Origin: an uncultured Lachnospiraceae bacterium
Lineage (GTDB): Bacteria > Bacillota > Clostridia > Lachnospirales > Lachnospiraceae
DNA length: 37,325 nt
NCBI GenBank assembly: GCA_902782975.1
Contig: CACZPF010000185.1
Span: 1 to 37,325, forward strand
Reading direction: 5' to 3'
Below the pieces are notes generated by a model. It saw only the letters and a list, made by a program, of their open reading frames with translations, was not told the DNA's origin and did not search any database. Positions within the stretch are counted from its first letter, which is position 1, and each line of letters opens with the position of its first letter. The position numbers were made by a program, and so were the translations under genes. Shown piece by piece: positions 35,496 through 37,325 of this stretch.

Positions 35496-36533
35496 TTATA
35501 ATGACTGGAACTGCTTAAGGACCCTTAAGTCATTCTTAAACAGTACACTCATGTTGTTGATTCCGTATTTCAGCATGGCGATCCGCTCGATGCCGATGCC
35601 GAAGGCGAACCCGGAATAGACAGAGGAATCGATGCCGCAGTTTTCCAGAACCTGCCTGTGCACCACGCCTCCGCCGAGGACCTCGATCCAGCCGGTATGC
35701 TTGCAGAGGCTGCATCCCTTGCCGCCGCACTCGAAGCAGGAGACATCCACCTCTACCGAAGGCTCTGTAAAGGGGAAGTAGCTGGGACGGAGTCTGGTCC
35801 GGACATTCTCGTCAAACATCTCTTTTACAAACTGATCCAGCATGCCCTGCAGGTCGCAGAGGGTGATGCCTTTATCTACGACCAGGCCCTCCATCTGGGA
35901 GAACATGGGAGAATGGGTAGCATCGGAATCCGAACGGAAAACGTTGCCGGGCACCAGTACTTTGATGGGCGGCTTTTTCATATCCATGACTCGGATCTGT
36001 CCCGGACTTGTATGGGTACGAAGAAGGATGCTTTCCATGTCAGGGGAAAGGTAGAAAGTATCCTGCATATCACGGGCAGGATGGTTCTTCTGCACATTCA
36101 GGCGGGTAAAGTTGTGGTCGTCATCCTCGGTTTCCGGTCCTTCAAATACATCAAATCCCATTCCGGCAAATACATTAACCATCTCGTTTCTCGTGATGGT
36201 AATGGGATGAAGGCCGCCCATGGGACGGATCCTGGCCGGCATCGTGATATCCACGGCTTCTGCCTGGTTTCTCTTTTCCAGTTCCAGCTCGTCCACTCTT
36301 TTTTTCATGGCCTCGTAACGTTCATTGACCATGCCCTTAAACTCGTTAAGGACCTGTCCCATGGTCTTCTTTTCTTCCTTCGGCACATCTCTCATGCCCT
36401 TCATGAGCTCCGCAATGCTGCCTGCCTTGCCGAGATGCTTCTGCCAGAAGGCGCCCAGTTCTTCCTTGCTGGTAATGGACTGCCTTTCCTGTTCGATCTG
36501 CTCCTGCAGTACTTTGATCTGATCTTTTAACAT
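35496..36533 (-). CDS. pheS: Phenylalanine--tRNA ligase alpha subunit
   Basis: HPARDMQDTFY, LRTHTSPGQ, DATHSPMF.Q.EGL, YFPFTEPS, GFAFGIGIER. Confidence 0.98.
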   Translation of the reverse strand: MLKDQIKVLQEQIEQERQSITSKEELGAFWQKHLGKAGSIAELMKGMRDVPKEEKKTMGQVLNEFKGMVNERYEAMKKRVDELELEKRNQAEAVDITMPARIRPMGGLHPITITRNEMVNVFAGMGFDVFEGPETEDDDHNFTRLNVQKNHPARDMQDTFYLSPDMESILLRTHTSPGQIRVMDMKKPPIKVLVPGNVFRSDSDATHSPMFSQMEGLVVDKGITLCDLQGMLDQFVKEMFDENVRTRLRPSYFPFTEPSVEVDVSCFECGGKGCSLCKHTGWIEVLGGGVVHRQVLENCGIDSSVYSGFAFGIGIERIAMLKYGINNMSVLFKNDLRVLKQFQSL

Positions 36534-36709
36534 GGCTGTTCCTTTCTTCCTGTTGATAATTGGTTCCCGGGGGAGGCGGAGGTCCGATACGCTTTGCAGA
36601 AGGATGACTCTCCTCTGTATTCGAATGTGGAAGCACCTTTCTTCACCATCCGCGGCGCGAGCCGCCGACTGCCTTCAAGTGCTATTTACCCTTCGACGGC
36701 TCTGCATAT

Positions 36710-36748
36710 AAACATAAAGGCTTCGTCCCTGAAAACAGGGACGAAGCC
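36710..36748 (-). terminator. T-box intrinsic terminator
   Basis: GGCTTCGTCCCTG-tttt-CAGGGACGAAGCC, perfect 13-bp stem, followed by TTTATGTTT. Confidence 0.9.
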
Positions 36749-37002
36749 ATAAACTCCGCGATACCACCCATATTCCACTGCAGAAGCCGTATTGAACGGC
36801 TGCAGTGACTCTCGATTGCCTGTAACGGGGCTGCCGTCCTGCACTACTCGAAAAGCCCGGTTCATAACCTTCAGGTATTTCTTTCCCACAGGAAGCTCCG
36901 GAGCGAAATGCATTTACAAGATCCTTCGGGAAGCCTCTCAGCCGGTGAACTTCCTCTCTGGCAGCCGGAATTCTTATACGCCGTCTCCATCAACGCTTTT
37001 GT
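36710..37002 (-). ncRNA. T-box riboswitch (Phe) leader of pheST
   Basis: Stem I with AGAGA and GGCTGAGA motifs; TTC (Phe) specifier at 36907-36905; T-box AATATGGGTGGTATCGCG around 36774-36757; terminator downstream. Confidence 0.93.
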
Positions 37003-37013
37003 CAACGAAAAGT

Positions 37014-37042
37014 ATTATAATCGTTCGCCGGGAATTCGTCAA
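37014..37042 (-). promoter_or_regulatory. sigmaA promoter of pheST
   Basis: TTGACG (37042-37037), 17-nt spacer, TATAAT (37019-37014), just upstream of the T-box leader. Confidence 0.88.
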
Positions 37043-37325
37043 CCATTAAGTTTATACTTCCAATAGCTTCACGAACTTAGTTGCCCTTGACTGGAGTGCT
37101 CAATGCTGGTAACAAATTTGGAACGGCTAAGGTCGACCGTACATTATCGCCAGCTGACCGTTGGGCATCGCACTGCCAACCGCCAGAGTATTCTAGAAAA
37201 GTGTAGGAATAAAAACCATTGTGTAAAAATCCTCTATGAATGTTTACGTGATAAATTATAAGAATCCTGCTTTTTTCTATCCATAACAATTCCGTCATCC
37301 TGATTGCACAATTCCGTCCTGAATG

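Noticed and set aside
37077-37102. Half CIRCE-like GAGTGCTCA
   Set aside because: The left arm does not match and the spacing is wrong.
37077-37298. 73-aa minus-strand ORF and an 11-bp direct repeat (acaattccgtc) at the window end
   Set aside because: No recognisable motif or convincing RBS; context is cut off by the window edge.

Overview
Chromosomal window from a Clostridia/Lachnospiraceae-like Firmicute (inferred from the T-box leader, sigmaA promoters, a CIRCE element and gene content). Housekeeping and metabolic genes lie at both ends. The left part (1-15.2 kb) holds a partial cls-like gene, a secreted repeat protein, a TetR / MMPL / YhgE-Pip-like module, nrdG, a MATE transporter, tadA, a phosphoesterase, an HD hydrolase, two fold-type-II PLP enzymes, nth and an orphan HicB. 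The right end holds T-box-pheS-pheT. Between them is a 17.7-kb block of 12 co-directional minus-strand genes (15286-32918) with a near-consensus sigmaA promoter at the start and a 15-bp hairpin at the end. Order of transcription: XRE-HTH regulator, atypical RelA/SpoT homologue (intact HD hydrolase, degenerate synthetase, two TGS domains), GrpE-like protein, three divergent lid-less Hsp70s, M50-like protease, small membrane protein, methylase-less DarB/SNF2-like helicase, MoxR-type AAA+ ATPase, HExxH/vWA protein, PcfJ-domain protein. I do not recognise this combination as a described system; it is the best candidate here for a new stress or biological-conflict locus. No integrase or att sites were seen. 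Other notable signals: a 17/18 CIRCE element in front of the MMPL operon (none at the Hsp70s), an in-frame TAA eight codons before the natural end of pheT, a REP-like palindrome family, and tandem repeats at three gene ends. All protein family calls are from motif recognition by eye, not database searches.
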